This document shows positions 18,131 through 27,787 of a DNA stretch of 64,000 nt, in pieces. The notes below the pieces were generated by a model. It saw only the letters and a list, made by a program, of their open reading frames with translations, ran no database searches and was not told the DNA's origin. Source of the DNA: Candidatus Xenobia bacterium (GTDB lineage: Bacteria > Vulcanimicrobiota > Xenobia > Xenobiales > QWHO01); contig BTUM01000039.1 in the NCBI GenBank assembly GCA_045863235.1, forward strand, positions 8,025 to 72,024, given 5' to 3'. The first letter of the stretch is position 1; every line of letters starts with the position of its first letter. The position numbers and the translations under genes were made by a program.

Positions 18131-18808
18131 GTGCGTGTCCGGCGTTGGTTGAGAAAGCTCATGCTGATTAGTCTGGGAGGCCTGGTGCTGGCCGGGCTGG
18201 GTGCCCTGGCCGTCAGCTCCTGGGTCGAGCGCCAGGGCAAGGCCGGTTTCGTCGAGCCTTCCGCCGCCGAGCACGCCCAGACGGCCATCGTGCTGGGAGC
18301 CGGAGTGTACGATGGGGGAGCCCTCAGCCCCGTGCTGGAAGACAGGGTGGACGCCGCCATCGAGCTCTTCCGAGATGGGCGGGTAGATACGTTGCTGATG
18401 AGCGGCGACCACGGATTTCGCGATTACGACGAGGTCAACGCCATGCGCGAATACGCCGTGCGCCGCGGCGTGCCCAACGAGCGCATCTTCATGGACCACG
18501 CCGGCTTCAACACCTATGACAGTATGATGCGGGCCCGCCAGGTCTTCCTGGTGGACACGGCGGTGGTGGTGACCAACCGCTTTCACCTGGCCCGGGCCGT
18601 CTTTCTGGCCCGCCAGGCGGGCATTCGGGCCCAGGGAGTGGTGGCCGACCGGCGTCCCTACGCCTCTGCCGACTGGTACGAGCAGCGCGAGTTCCTGGCC
18701 CGCTGTAAAGCCTTTCTCAATGTTTACGTGCTCAAGCCCGGACCCGCGTTGGGCGGGCCGCCCATCCCTATTACCGGGGACGCCCGTCTGAGCCACGATA
18801 AGCGCTGA
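18131..18808 (+). CDS. SanA/YdcF (DUF218) family protein
   Basis: AIVLGAGV, LLMSGDH, DHAGFNTYDSM, VTNRFHLARA. Confidence 0.92.
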   Translation: MRVRRWLRKLMLISLGGLVLAGLGALAVSSWVERQGKAGFVEPSAAEHAQTAIVLGAGVYDGGALSPVLEDRVDAAIELFRDGRVDTLLMSGDHGFRDYDEVNAMREYAVRRGVPNERIFMDHAGFNTYDSMMRARQVFLVDTAVVVTNRFHLARAVFLARQAGIRAQGVVADRRPYASADWYEQREFLARCKAFLNVYVLKPGPALGGPPIPITGDARLSHDKR

Positions 18809-18877
18809 CGGGGGGACTTGCCGGGGGGGTCGGAGAATCGCCTGCATTCGAACAAATCCCGAGAGGTCTGTCGTTTG

Positions 18878-21800
18878 ATGCCCACCACCCATAGCTTTCG
18901 GCCCGTCAATCCACAGGTTCGCTTCCCCGAGCTCGAGGAGCGCATTCTCGAGCACTGGCGCCAGGTCGGCGCTTTCAAGCTGAGCCTCGAGCAGCGCCGC
19001 GAGTCGCCCGAGTACATTTTCTACGAAGGTCCCCCCACCGCGAACGGCAAGCCTGGCGTCCACCACGTGCAGGCCCGCGCCTACAAGGACCTGTTCCCGC
19101 GTTACAAGACCATGCGAGGCTACCTGGTGCGCCGCAAAGCGGGCTGGGATTGCCACGGCCTGCCGGTCGAGATCGAGGTCGAGAAGCAGCTCGGCTTCTC
19201 GGGCAAGAAGGCCATCGAGGACTACGGCATCGAGCCCTTCAACCGAAAGTGCCGTGAGTCGGTGATGACCTACGAGGGCGCATGGCGCGAGATGACCGAG
19301 CGGATCGGCTTCTGGGTCGACCTGGACGACGCCTACATGACCATGAGCAACGAGTTCGTGGAGAGCGTCTGGTGGTCGCTCAAGACCCTGTGGGACAAGG
19401 ACCTCATCTATCTGGGCTACAAAGTGGTGCCCTACTGCGCCCACGACTCCACCCCGCTGTCGAGCCACGAGGTCGGCCTGGGTTACAAGGACGTGCGCGA
19501 TCCGTCCATCACGGTGCGCTTCCCGCTGCTCGATCCGGTCAAGCTGGGGCTGCCCGAGAAGACGGCCATGCTGGTCTGGACCACCACTCCCTGGACGCTG
19601 CCGGGCAACACCGGCTGCGCCGTCCACCCGGACTTTCAGTACGTGGTGGTGAAAAAGGACGACGAGCTCTTACTGCTGGCCGACAGTCTCAAAGCCAGAG
19701 TGGTGGGGGAGGAGGCCGAGGTGGTGGCCCGGATCGCCGGCCAGGCCCTGGTGGGCGCTTTCTATGAGGCTCCCTTCCGCTTTTTCGAGTTCGGAGAGAA
19801 GTCGGGCCATCGGGTGGTGGCGGGCGACTTCGTGACCGCCGAGGACGGCACTGGCATCGTGCACATCGCCCCCGCCTTCGGCGCCGACGACCTTGAGATG
19901 GCCCGCCGCTTCGACCTGCCGGTGGTGCACTCGGTGGGCATCGACGGCAAGTTCCTCGAGCAGACCGGTCCGTTTGCCGGTATGTGGTTCAAGGACGCCG
20001 ACAAGGCCGTGATCCGCGATCTCAAAGACCGGAGCCTGCTTTTCAAGCGCGAGGATTACCTGCACAGCTATCCCCACTGCTGGCGCTGCTCCAATCCGTT
20101 GATGTACTATGCCACCGACAGCTGGTTCATCGCCAATACCCGCCTCAAGGAGCGCTTGATCGAGCGCAACCAGGAGATCAACTGGATTCCCCCTCACATC
20201 AAGAACGGCCGCTACGGCGATTGGCTGAACAACCTGGTGGACTGGGCCCTGTCGCGGACCCGCTACTGGGGAACTCCGCTGCCGATCTGGGTGTGCCCCT
20301 GTGGCCACAAGGAGATGGTCGGATCTTTCGCCGAGCTGGCCGAGCGCTCTCTGACCCCCCTGCAGACCCCCTTTGACCCCCACCGGCCTTACGTGGACGA
20401 CATCCTGTTCCAGTGCCCGAAGTGCCCCGAGCAGATGAAGCGCGTTCCGGACGTGATCGACTGCTGGTACGACAGCGGCGCCATGCCGTTTGCCCAGCAG
20501 CACTACCCCTTCGAGAACAAGCAGCGCTTCGAGCAGAGGGCTTTCCCGGCCGACTTCATCTGCGAGGGCCTCGATCAGACCCGGGGCTGGTTCAACTCGC
20601 TTCACCAGCTGGGTGTGATGCTGTTCGACCGCATCGCCTACAAGAACGTGATCTGCCATGGCCTGATTCTGGACGGCCAGGGCGAGAAGATGTCCAAACG
20701 ACTGGGTAACATCGTCGACCCCTGGACCATTCTCAACCAGCACGGGGCCGACAGCCTGCGCTGGTACCTCTACACTTCGGCTCCCCCCGAGCAGAGCCGC
20801 CGCTTTTCGGCCGACCTGGTGGGCGAGGCCTGCCGCAAGTTCCTGGTCACGCTGTGGAACACTTATCACTTCTATGTTTCCAACGCCAACGCCAACCAGG
20901 TCGATCGCTCCAAAGCTCGCCCACCGGCCGAGCGCAGCCCGCTCGACCGCTGGTTGCTGGCCGCCCTGCACGAGCTGATCGGCGTCGTCAGCGAGAAGCT
21001 GGACGCCTACGACGTCACGGGTGCCGCCCGGGCTCTGGGTGGTTTCGTGGACCTTCTCTCCAACTGGTATGTGCGCCGCTCGCGCGACCGCTTCTGGGAC
21101 GGCGAGGCCGACGCCAACGCCACTCTGCACGAGGCTCTGGTGACGCTGAGCCAGCTGTTGGCCCCTTTCGTGCCGTTCCTGAGCGAGGACATCTACCTCA
21201 ACCTGTGCGGCGAAAAACAGAGCGTCCACCTGACCGACTGGCCGGTGGCCGACCCCTCACTGTTGAACGCCGATCTGGTCTACGACACAGTGGTGGCCAT
21301 CAAGGCTGTCTCGGCGGGCCGCTCGGCCCGAACCCAGGCCAGCCTGCGCATCCGCCAGCCGCTGGCCCAGGCCCTGGTGGGTGCCTCCACCACGCGGGAC
21401 CGACAGGCCCTGGAGCGCTTCCGAGACGTCATCCAGGAAGAGCTGAACGTCAAGGATCTGCGCTTTCTCGACCCGGGAGCCTCCTTTCTGGACTACCAGC
21501 TGCGGCCCAACCTCCCCCTGATGGGGAAGAAGTATGGCAAGCAGATTCCGGCCATCAAAGAGGCCCTGGGGAAGGCTGATCCTCGCGAGATCGCTCGCCA
21601 GGTGCACGAGGGCCAGTTCGTGCGATTGACCCCGGAAATCGAGGTGCTGGCCGAGGAGATCCTGGTCGAGGCCCGCAGTCCCGAGGGTTATGCCGCCCAG
21701 GAGGAGGGCGGCGTGATCGTGGCTCTCAGCACCGAGCTGACCCCCGAGCTCGAGCTCGAGGGTACCGCCCGCGACCTGATCCGCCAGGTGCAGGAGCTTC

Positions 21801-22006
21801 GCAAGAAGGCCGATCTGGCCATCACCGACCGCATCAAGGCCTGGATCGCCGGTGCTGACGCAGCGGCGCAGGCCCACCGCGAAACGATCATGGAGCAGAC
21901 CCTGGCGGTCTCGCTCGAGCTGAGCGAGCCTCCCGCCGAAGCAGCGCAGGCCGAGACCGAGCTGGAGAAGGGTCAGAAGGCAAAGGTCGGCGTGCTGAAG
22001 GCGTAG
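18878..22006 (+). CDS. ileS: Isoleucine--tRNA ligase, type 2
   Basis: FYEGPPTANGKPGVHH, GWDCHGLPVE, WTTTPWTLP, DWALSRTRYWGTP, KMSKRLGN. IleRS2-type C-terminus (ARDLIRQVQELRK). Confidence 0.97.
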   Translation: MPTTHSFRPVNPQVRFPELEERILEHWRQVGAFKLSLEQRRESPEYIFYEGPPTANGKPGVHHVQARAYKDLFPRYKTMRGYLVRRKAGWDCHGLPVEIEVEKQLGFSGKKAIEDYGIEPFNRKCRESVMTYEGAWREMTERIGFWVDLDDAYMTMSNEFVESVWWSLKTLWDKDLIYLGYKVVPYCAHDSTPLSSHEVGLGYKDVRDPSITVRFPLLDPVKLGLPEKTAMLVWTTTPWTLPGNTGCAVHPDFQYVVVKKDDELLLLADSLKARVVGEEAEVVARIAGQALVGAFYEAPFRFFEFGEKSGHRVVAGDFVTAEDGTGIVHIAPAFGADDLEMARRFDLPVVHSVGIDGKFLEQTGPFAGMWFKDADKAVIRDLKDRSLLFKREDYLHSYPHCWRCSNPLMYYATDSWFIANTRLKERLIERNQEINWIPPHIKNGRYGDWLNNLVDWALSRTRYWGTPLPIWVCPCGHKEMVGSFAELAERSLTPLQTPFDPHRPYVDDILFQCPKCPEQMKRVPDVIDCWYDSGAMPFAQQHYPFENKQRFEQRAFPADFICEGLDQTRGWFNSLHQLGVMLFDRIAYKNVICHGLILDGQGEKMSKRLGNIVDPWTILNQHGADSLRWYLYTSAPPEQSRRFSADLVGEACRKFLVTLWNTYHFYVSNANANQVDRSKARPPAERSPLDRWLLAALHELIGVVSEKLDAYDVTGAARALGGFVDLLSNWYVRRSRDRFWDGEADANATLHEALVTLSQLLAPFVPFLSEDIYLNLCGEKQSVHLTDWPVADPSLLNADLVYDTVVAIKAVSAGRSARTQASLRIRQPLAQALVGASTTRDRQALERFRDVIQEELNVKDLRFLDPGASFLDYQLRPNLPLMGKKYGKQIPAIKEALGKADPREIARQVHEGQFVRLTPEIEVLAEEILVEARSPEGYAAQEEGGVIVALSTELTPELELEGTARDLIRQVQELRKKADLAITDRIKAWIAGADAAAQAHRETIMEQTLAVSLELSEPPAEAAQAETELEKGQKAKVGVLKA

Positions 22007-22046
22007 ACGGCGATTCTTCCAGATGTAGGGCGAAAGTCAGTTCGCC

Positions 22047-22589
22047 TCAGCGCGCTCCTGCCCCTGCGCGTATCTCTACGTCGATGTCCAGGGCCAGCTG
22101 GTCGGCCACCTGAGCCAGCTTGCTCTGCAAGGTCATGATCGAGATGGAGGCCGGAGCCGAGAGGCGCAGCGTCATGGAGAACATGGGCGTTCCGGTGTGG
22201 GCGGCATGGGTGACGCTCGAGTCGAGCGCGTCCACCGACACGCCTTGCTCGACCAGGGCGTGTACCACGTCGTGCACGATGCCCTCGTGGTCCATCCCCT
22301 TGACGTGCACGGTCAGGGGCACCAGGTCGTTGGACGTGCGGCGCGGCGTGGTGAGCTTGGTGGAAAGCACCATGTTGAGCTCCTGAGCCACCTCGCCCAC
22401 CTGGGCCAGCAGGTTCTGGCGGTGTTCGGCGGGCACCGAGACCAGCATGACCATGGCAAACTCACCGCCCAGCACGGCCATGCGCGAATCTTCCAGGTTG
22501 CCCCGGTGGGTCTTGATGGCCTGGGAAACGCGATCCACCAGCCCGGTCCGGTCCGAGCCAATCATGGACAAAACAAGATACTCTTTCAT
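22047..22589 (-). CDS. Tandem ACT-domain protein (GcvR-like)
   Basis: GSDRTGLV...GNLEDSRMAVLGGEFA and a second ACT domain GMDHEGIVH. Confidence 0.88.
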   Translation of the reverse strand: MKEYLVLSMIGSDRTGLVDRVSQAIKTHRGNLEDSRMAVLGGEFAMVMLVSVPAEHRQNLLAQVGEVAQELNMVLSTKLTTPRRTSNDLVPLTVHVKGMDHEGIVHDVVHALVEQGVSVDALDSSVTHAAHTGTPMFSMTLRLSAPASISIMTLQSKLAQVADQLALDIDVEIRAGAGAR

Positions 22590-22626
22590 GCTGGCGGGCC
22601 TTCCCCGCCTTGAGGGCGGTGTCCTG

Positions 22627-23268
22627 TCAAGGCGTGGGCGGGGGCAGGGTGACCCGGCCGCCTGTCTTGAGGTACTGCTCGGAGAGCTTGACGTCGTCCG
22701 GGCCGCGCACCCGGTGCAGGCTGGCAAGGTCGCGGTCCACCTTACGCAGCTCGGGCTCTTCCACGAATCGCACGGCAGCGATGCGCAGCACCTCGTCCCC
22801 CGAGCGTCCGCCACTCTCGAAATAGCGCTCCAGCGTCTTCATGCTGAGCTTGGACCACACCCCCAGCAGCGGAAAGGCAGTGCGACCGACGCGAGGCACC
22901 ACGCACTCATAGCCCTCGCGCAGGTCGAACAGCAGCCCCATGAAGGCTTGCTTCACGTGGGGATAGTACCCGGGTGTGCAGATGGCCCAGTTGGTAGGAG
23001 CCGACCACAGACCGGTGTAGAGCCCTCCCAGAGGTCCGTAGCCGGGCAAGGAATCGCGCACCCAGTTCACGCGAGGGTGCTCGTTGACCGACTTCTGAAG
23101 CCACTGACCGATGGCCAGATTGTCGCCCACCACCAGTTGATTGGGGCAAAGGAGGCGAGAGTTCTTGAGCACGTGGCTCAGTAGCGGCTTGCCCGCCAGC
23201 AAAGTCAGCGGGGAATGGTCGCCGCGGCTGGACCGGCCCCCGGCCAGGACAATGGCGGTGAAGCTCAC
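22627..23268 (-). CDS. MobA-like NTP transferase (divergent)
   Basis: AIVLAGGRSSR, GPLGGLYTGL and PLLGVW match MobA-family patterns. Confidence 0.75.
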   Translation of the reverse strand: MSFTAIVLAGGRSSRGDHSPLTLLAGKPLLSHVLKNSRLLCPNQLVVGDNLAIGQWLQKSVNEHPRVNWVRDSLPGYGPLGGLYTGLWSAPTNWAICTPGYYPHVKQAFMGLLFDLREGYECVVPRVGRTAFPLLGVWSKLSMKTLERYFESGGRSGDEVLRIAAVRFVEEPELRKVDRDLASLHRVRGPDDVKLSEQYLKTGGRVTLPPPTP

Positions 23269-23330
23269 CAGGGAACCTTCTCTGGCGTCGGGGGGAACCC
23301 TGTGGGGCAGCCGAGAATCTGGCCCCCACC

Positions 23331-23552
23331 ATGGACGGATGCTACATTTGGGAAGAAAACAAAGACGGCGAGCGCAAGCTTCTGAAGGGCTATCTCCGAG
23401 AGGAGCCCTTTGCCTGGGTGGCCCGCATCATCGACAACGAAGGCAACGAATTGTGGAGCGAGAAACACGCTTCCCCCTCCAAAGCCCGGGTGGCCCTGGT
23501 GCAGAAAGTGCCCGACGAGGCTCGATTTCTCAAGGGGGCGGTCCCGGAATGA
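23331..23552 (+). CDS. Small hypothetical protein
   Basis: 73-aa ORF with protein-like composition filling the gap between two - strand genes. Confidence 0.6.
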   Translation: MDGCYIWEENKDGERKLLKGYLREEPFAWVARIIDNEGNELWSEKHASPSKARVALVQKVPDEARFLKGAVPE

Positions 23553-24933
23553 AGCCATAACCGCGGTACAGTCGTAGATGCCGCAGGGGCTTGCCGTCTC
23601 GATCGATCTCCACCGGGGAGGCTTCCTCAAAACGTGCAAAGTGCTGGCTCAACACCTCGTTGCTGACCGGGTGGCGCGCGTCGGCCACGATCAGGGCGTC
23701 CCAGCCGGCGAACTCACGCGGGTCCTCCCAGTAGCGATAGGAGACCGAGTTGGGTAGCCCGAGCGCATTCTGGGCCAGGGTGTGATGGGGGCGCCGAGTG
23801 GTGAAGGCCAGCTGGCTGGCGGCTTCGTAGCCGGTTCCCAGGTAGAAGGTTCTCTCCGGCTCGGGCATCCGGGTTCGCTCGGCCTCAATCTGCTCCCCCA
23901 CCGGGCGCCAGCCGCTGAACGTATCCAGCGGATTGAAGGCCCCCAGCGGAATCAGGGCCACGACCCAGGGCAGGTAGCTGAGCGTGACTCCGAACAGGGC
24001 CAGCGTAGTGGCTGCCAGTCGCGAGGCTGGCCAGGACTGCACCAGAAAGTATGCCATCAAGAGGATCGACCCCAGATAGCCGGGCATCGGCCAGTTGATG
24101 TTCACGAAGCGCTTGAGGGAGACCAGCACCATCAGGGCCAGGAAGGGGAGCGAGGACCAGACCAGGTAAGCGATGCGCTGATCTTGCATCTGCTTGAGGG
24201 CTCTGGACTGCGCCCAGACCACCAGAGCCAGCCCTGCCGGGGTCATCATGAGGAGTTGGAACAGGTAGCTGCGCACTCTGGCCATCAAAGTGGCTGGCGC
24301 CTGTATGCGCTCGCTGCCCTGAAAGAGGAAAGAGGCCCAGTCGTGGGTGGCATTCCACCAGAGCACCGGACTGAACAAAGCCATGGCCAGCAGGGCCGCC
24401 CCCGCGGTCTGCCAGGAGCGCCGCCCCAGCACCAGGGCCGGCAGGGGAATGAGGGCGGCCGGATACTTGCTCAGCATACCGAGCCCGGTGATCAAGCCCA
24501 GCAACCACCACCAGCGAGGGTCTTCGCTTTCGACCAGCCGCCAGCCCGCCCACAGACCCGCGCACCAGCAGAAGAGGTGGGGCGAGTCCGGCATCATGGC
24601 CACCGAGAAGATGGCGAAGCTGGGCAGAAAGCCCAGCATGGTGGCAGCCACCAGGCCCACCAGAGGGCTGAACATGCGGCGCCCCAGGTCGAACACGAAC
24701 CAGCTCGAGCCGATGAAGAGGAGTACCGCCGGGAGGCGCACCCAGAACTCGGTATCGCCCCCGGTCAGACCGATCAGCCAGCCCACCATGGGCGGATGGT
24801 CGAAGTAGGACAGGTCGGGATGCTGGGCATAGTTCCAATGGTAAGCTTCTTCGTGGGCCAGACCGACCCGTCCGATGACCAGCAAGCGGGCCACGGTGGT
24901 CAGCCCCACCAGCAGCCAGAAGAGGCGGGTCAA
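23530..24933 (-). CDS. GT-C membrane glycosyltransferase (ArnT/PMT_2 family)
   Basis: EEAYHW...SYFDHPPMVGWLI, PDSP, GMLSKY. TTG start overlaps the upstream TGA. Confidence 0.9.
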   Translation of the reverse strand: MTRLFWLLVGLTTVARLLVIGRVGLAHEEAYHWNYAQHPDLSYFDHPPMVGWLIGLTGGDTEFWVRLPAVLLFIGSSWFVFDLGRRMFSPLVGLVAATMLGFLPSFAIFSVAMMPDSPHLFCWCAGLWAGWRLVESEDPRWWWLLGLITGLGMLSKYPAALIPLPALVLGRRSWQTAGAALLAMALFSPVLWWNATHDWASFLFQGSERIQAPATLMARVRSYLFQLLMMTPAGLALVVWAQSRALKQMQDQRIAYLVWSSLPFLALMVLVSLKRFVNINWPMPGYLGSILLMAYFLVQSWPASRLAATTLALFGVTLSYLPWVVALIPLGAFNPLDTFSGWRPVGEQIEAERTRMPEPERTFYLGTGYEAASQLAFTTRRPHHTLAQNALGLPNSVSYRYWEDPREFAGWDALIVADARHPVSNEVLSQHFARFEEASPVEIDRDGKPLRHLRLYRGYGFIPGPPP

Positions 24934-25829
24934 CCCTGCGAGATCGTTCGGAAGTAGTGGATGGTGGCGAGCTCTCTGGCACACCACTTCTGCAGGGGAT
25001 TCAGGGGCCGCTTACCGTTCGGGTCGCCCCGGTCAAGCTCAAGTTGCGAGCGGCAGAACTTCTCCAGCAGCCCCCCCACCGTGCTCATCCGGTAGACAGC
25101 CAGCCGGGGGGGGTGGATTCCCGTGGCAAAACGCGAGCGCAGGCGGGGATGCTTCTTGATGTAGAGCAGAGCAGTTCGAGCCTTGGCCTCGGCCTGGCGC
25201 AGCATGCCCTGGACATCGGTTGTCTGCGGGGGGCTCTTGACGTGGTAGCCCACGGCCTTGTAGTTGTTGCGGGCCTGGAGACCCAGCGCCATCAGGCGTA
25301 AGCCCAGCTCTTGATCCTCCCAGCCGTATTCCTTGAACTCTTCGTCGAACAGGCCGGCTGCCAGCAAGTGCTCGCGCTTGACGGACACGTTGGAGGTCCA
25401 GAAGAAAGAGGTAGAGATGTCGGCCATCGTAAAACGTCGTTTTTCCGGGCGAACCGGGGTCTCGACGTGGTTGACCCAGCCGTTGACCACGGCTTTGGGA
25501 TGCTTGAAATGTGAACGCAGGTGCTCGGCCAGCAGGCGCCTGTCGGCCAGCACGTCGTCGTCGATGAACAGCACCACCCAACCGGAGGCGGCCATGATAC
25601 CGGTGTTGCGGGCCGTGGCCAGACCCTGGTTGGCCTGGGTGCGAAGCACCAGCCTGTAGGGCAGATCCAGCGACTGGACACGCTGGGAGGTGCCGTCGGT
25701 GGAGCCGTCGTCCACCACCACCACCTCGAACTGATCGGCCGGCAGGGTCTGGTCGGTCAGCGACAGCAGCACTTTCTCGAGACTGGCGATGCGGTTGTAA
25801 CTGCACAGCACGACGGAGATCTCGATCAT
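24930..25829 (-). CDS. Glycosyltransferase family 2
   Basis: ISVVLCSYNR, VVDDGSTDGT, ARNTG, FIDDD, YGWEDQELG. ATGA overlap. Confidence 0.93.
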   Translation of the reverse strand: MIEISVVLCSYNRIASLEKVLLSLTDQTLPADQFEVVVVDDGSTDGTSQRVQSLDLPYRLVLRTQANQGLATARNTGIMAASGWVVLFIDDDVLADRRLLAEHLRSHFKHPKAVVNGWVNHVETPVRPEKRRFTMADISTSFFWTSNVSVKREHLLAAGLFDEEFKEYGWEDQELGLRLMALGLQARNNYKAVGYHVKSPPQTTDVQGMLRQAEAKARTALLYIKKHPRLRSRFATGIHPPRLAVYRMSTVGGLLEKFCRSQLELDRGDPNGKRPLNPLQKWCARELATIHYFRTISQG

Positions 25830-26665
25830 CGTCGCAGCTCCTCGCGCCCGGCCCGCAGGTACTCTCGGTCGAGGCGCTGGGCCTCCACCAGGGCTTTCAA
25901 GCCAGGAATTCGGTCCAGCCACGGAAGGCTGAGAAGCTCGCTGCGAGCGTAGTTCACAGGGTGCAGCCCGCTGCGCAGCAGCATGCGGAAACTGGGATAG
26001 CGGCGCAGCAGTCGGGCGGCCGAACGGCCGTCGGCGCGCCGGGTGGCCGCCGCCTGGGAGAGGGGCACCGGCGGCTTGAGATGGTGCACGTAGGCCTCGG
26101 GCAAGAAGGTGCGCTTGACGCCCAGGCGCTTGAGCCGCAGGCCCAGGTCGGCATCTTCGAGTCGCTCCAGGCTCTCGTCGAAGAGCCCTGCTTCGAACAG
26201 GTGCTCGCGCCGCACGGAGGCATTGCTGGTGCAAAAGTAGTTCATGGAGTAGTGGCGCCAGAGCTGGGAAGGGCTCTGCTCGGGCGGGGAGGGCACATTG
26301 ATCACCGGCCCTCGCACGACCTGGCGCACCTGGCCGCGGTGGGCGTCGGCGTGCAGGGTGAGGAGATCGGGCGAGGCCAGCACGTCGTCATCGAGGAACA
26401 GGCACCAGCTTCCTCGGGCGTTCTGGATGGCGTGGTTGCGGGCGGCCGAGGTGCCCCGGCCTTCCTGGCGGAGGGGCCTGAGGGGATAGCTCAGCTGCAA
26501 GCAACCGAGCGCCTCGCTGGTGCCATCGGTCGAGCCGTCGTCCACCACGACCACCTCGAAGCGCTCGCGAGGGAAGCGCTGGAGCTCGAGCTCGCGCAAT
26601 ACCAGCATGAGGCTGGGGCAGCGGTTGCGGGTGGGGATGATCAGGCTGAACTGCACCGGAGGCAA
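25826..26665 (-). CDS. Glycosyltransferase family 2
   Basis: SLIIPTRNR, VVDDGSTDGT, ARNHA, FLDDD, EDADLGLR. Confidence 0.92.
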   Translation of the reverse strand: MPPVQFSLIIPTRNRCPSLMLVLRELELQRFPRERFEVVVVDDGSTDGTSEALGCLQLSYPLRPLRQEGRGTSAARNHAIQNARGSWCLFLDDDVLASPDLLTLHADAHRGQVRQVVRGPVINVPSPPEQSPSQLWRHYSMNYFCTSNASVRREHLFEAGLFDESLERLEDADLGLRLKRLGVKRTFLPEAYVHHLKPPVPLSQAAATRRADGRSAARLLRRYPSFRMLLRSGLHPVNYARSELLSLPWLDRIPGLKALVEAQRLDREYLRAGREELRR

Positions 26666-26694
26666 TACTCGGATGGCCCGGGAATTCCTGTCGC

Positions 26695-27690
26695 ATGGAT
26701 GCTCGAGAACGGGCCCGAGGATGTCTGGTCGGGCTGGCTCTGGGAGATGCGCTGGGCTTTCCGCTGGAAGGGTTGAGCCCGGCGCACATCAAGCGCCGCT
26801 TCGGTCAGGTGGCCAGGTTCCGGTTCCTGGGTCGAACCGGCTATGTCTCCGACGACACCGAGCTATCTGTCCTGGTGGGGGAAGCCCTGCTCGAATCGGG
26901 CGGCGATCCCGAGCAGGCCGCGCGAGCCTTCGGCCGTCGCCTGGTGGGCTGGTTCTGGTGGCTGCCTCCAGGAATCGGGATGGCCACCGCGCGCTCGGCT
27001 TTGCGCTGGACTTTCCGGGGGACCGGCGGGGTGGCCTCGGCCGGCAATGGAGCAGCCATGCGAGCTGCGCCGCTGGGTCTGTGGCCCGACCACCGGCCCG
27101 AGCTCGTGCGCGCGCTCAGTCGGGTTACCCACACTGACCCGCGGGCCGTAGACGGGGCCCTGGTGGTGGCCGAAGCGGTGGCACTGCTGTGCGCCGGGCG
27201 AGAGGCCGACTGGCCGGCGCTGTCCGAGCGGCTCCCCGAGCTCGAGCCCCGCCTGCGCGAGGTCCTGGACCAGGCCTGGAAGCTGGTCAGCTTTCAGGCT
27301 TCTCCCGAGCTGCGGGCCGAGCGCCTGGGCACCAGCGGCTACGTGCTGCACTCGGTGCCCCTTGCCCTGGCCGCCCTCTGGAGCCGACCTGCATCGTTTC
27401 TGGAGGGACTGCAGTCGGTGATCTTGCGCGGAGGGGACGCCGACTCCAATGGAGCCATCGCGGGCGCCCTGCTTGGGGCCGCCTTCGGGCGCTCGGCACT
27501 GCCCACCGAGCTGGCCTCAGCCCTGGAGCCCGCCTTTTCGGCCTGGAGGCTGGAGGCGCTGGCTGACGATCTCCTGGCCGGTCGCCGCCAAGAATACCAG
27601 AGCGCCAGCTTCGCCGCTCTGCGGGCTCGCGAGCTGGCCGTCAAGCTGGGGGTGGGCCTGCACGTCCTGCGTCGGCTCTGGCCGCTTTGA
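26695..27690 (+). CDS. ADP-ribosylglycohydrolase (DraG/ARH family)
   Basis: GLALGDALG, SDDTE, GNGAAMR, TH, GGDADS. Confidence 0.92.
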   Translation: MDARERARGCLVGLALGDALGFPLEGLSPAHIKRRFGQVARFRFLGRTGYVSDDTELSVLVGEALLESGGDPEQAARAFGRRLVGWFWWLPPGIGMATARSALRWTFRGTGGVASAGNGAAMRAAPLGLWPDHRPELVRALSRVTHTDPRAVDGALVVAEAVALLCAGREADWPALSERLPELEPRLREVLDQAWKLVSFQASPELRAERLGTSGYVLHSVPLALAALWSRPASFLEGLQSVILRGGDADSNGAIAGALLGAAFGRSALPTELASALEPAFSAWRLEALADDLLAGRRQEYQSASFAALRARELAVKLGVGLHVLRRLWPL

Positions 27691-27787
27691 GCACCGGCCT
27701 AACCTCAAGGCTGGGCAGCTGGCTCGTGGCGCGGGCTTTCGACCTGACAGTGCATGGGACGCCTCGGCAGGGCTTGCTGCTCAGCGC

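Noticed and set aside
23530..27690. GT2-GT2-GT-C operon plus divergent ADP-ribosylglycohydrolase as one system
   Set aside because: Common envelope glycosylation genes. There is no evidence of a functional link beyond adjacency.
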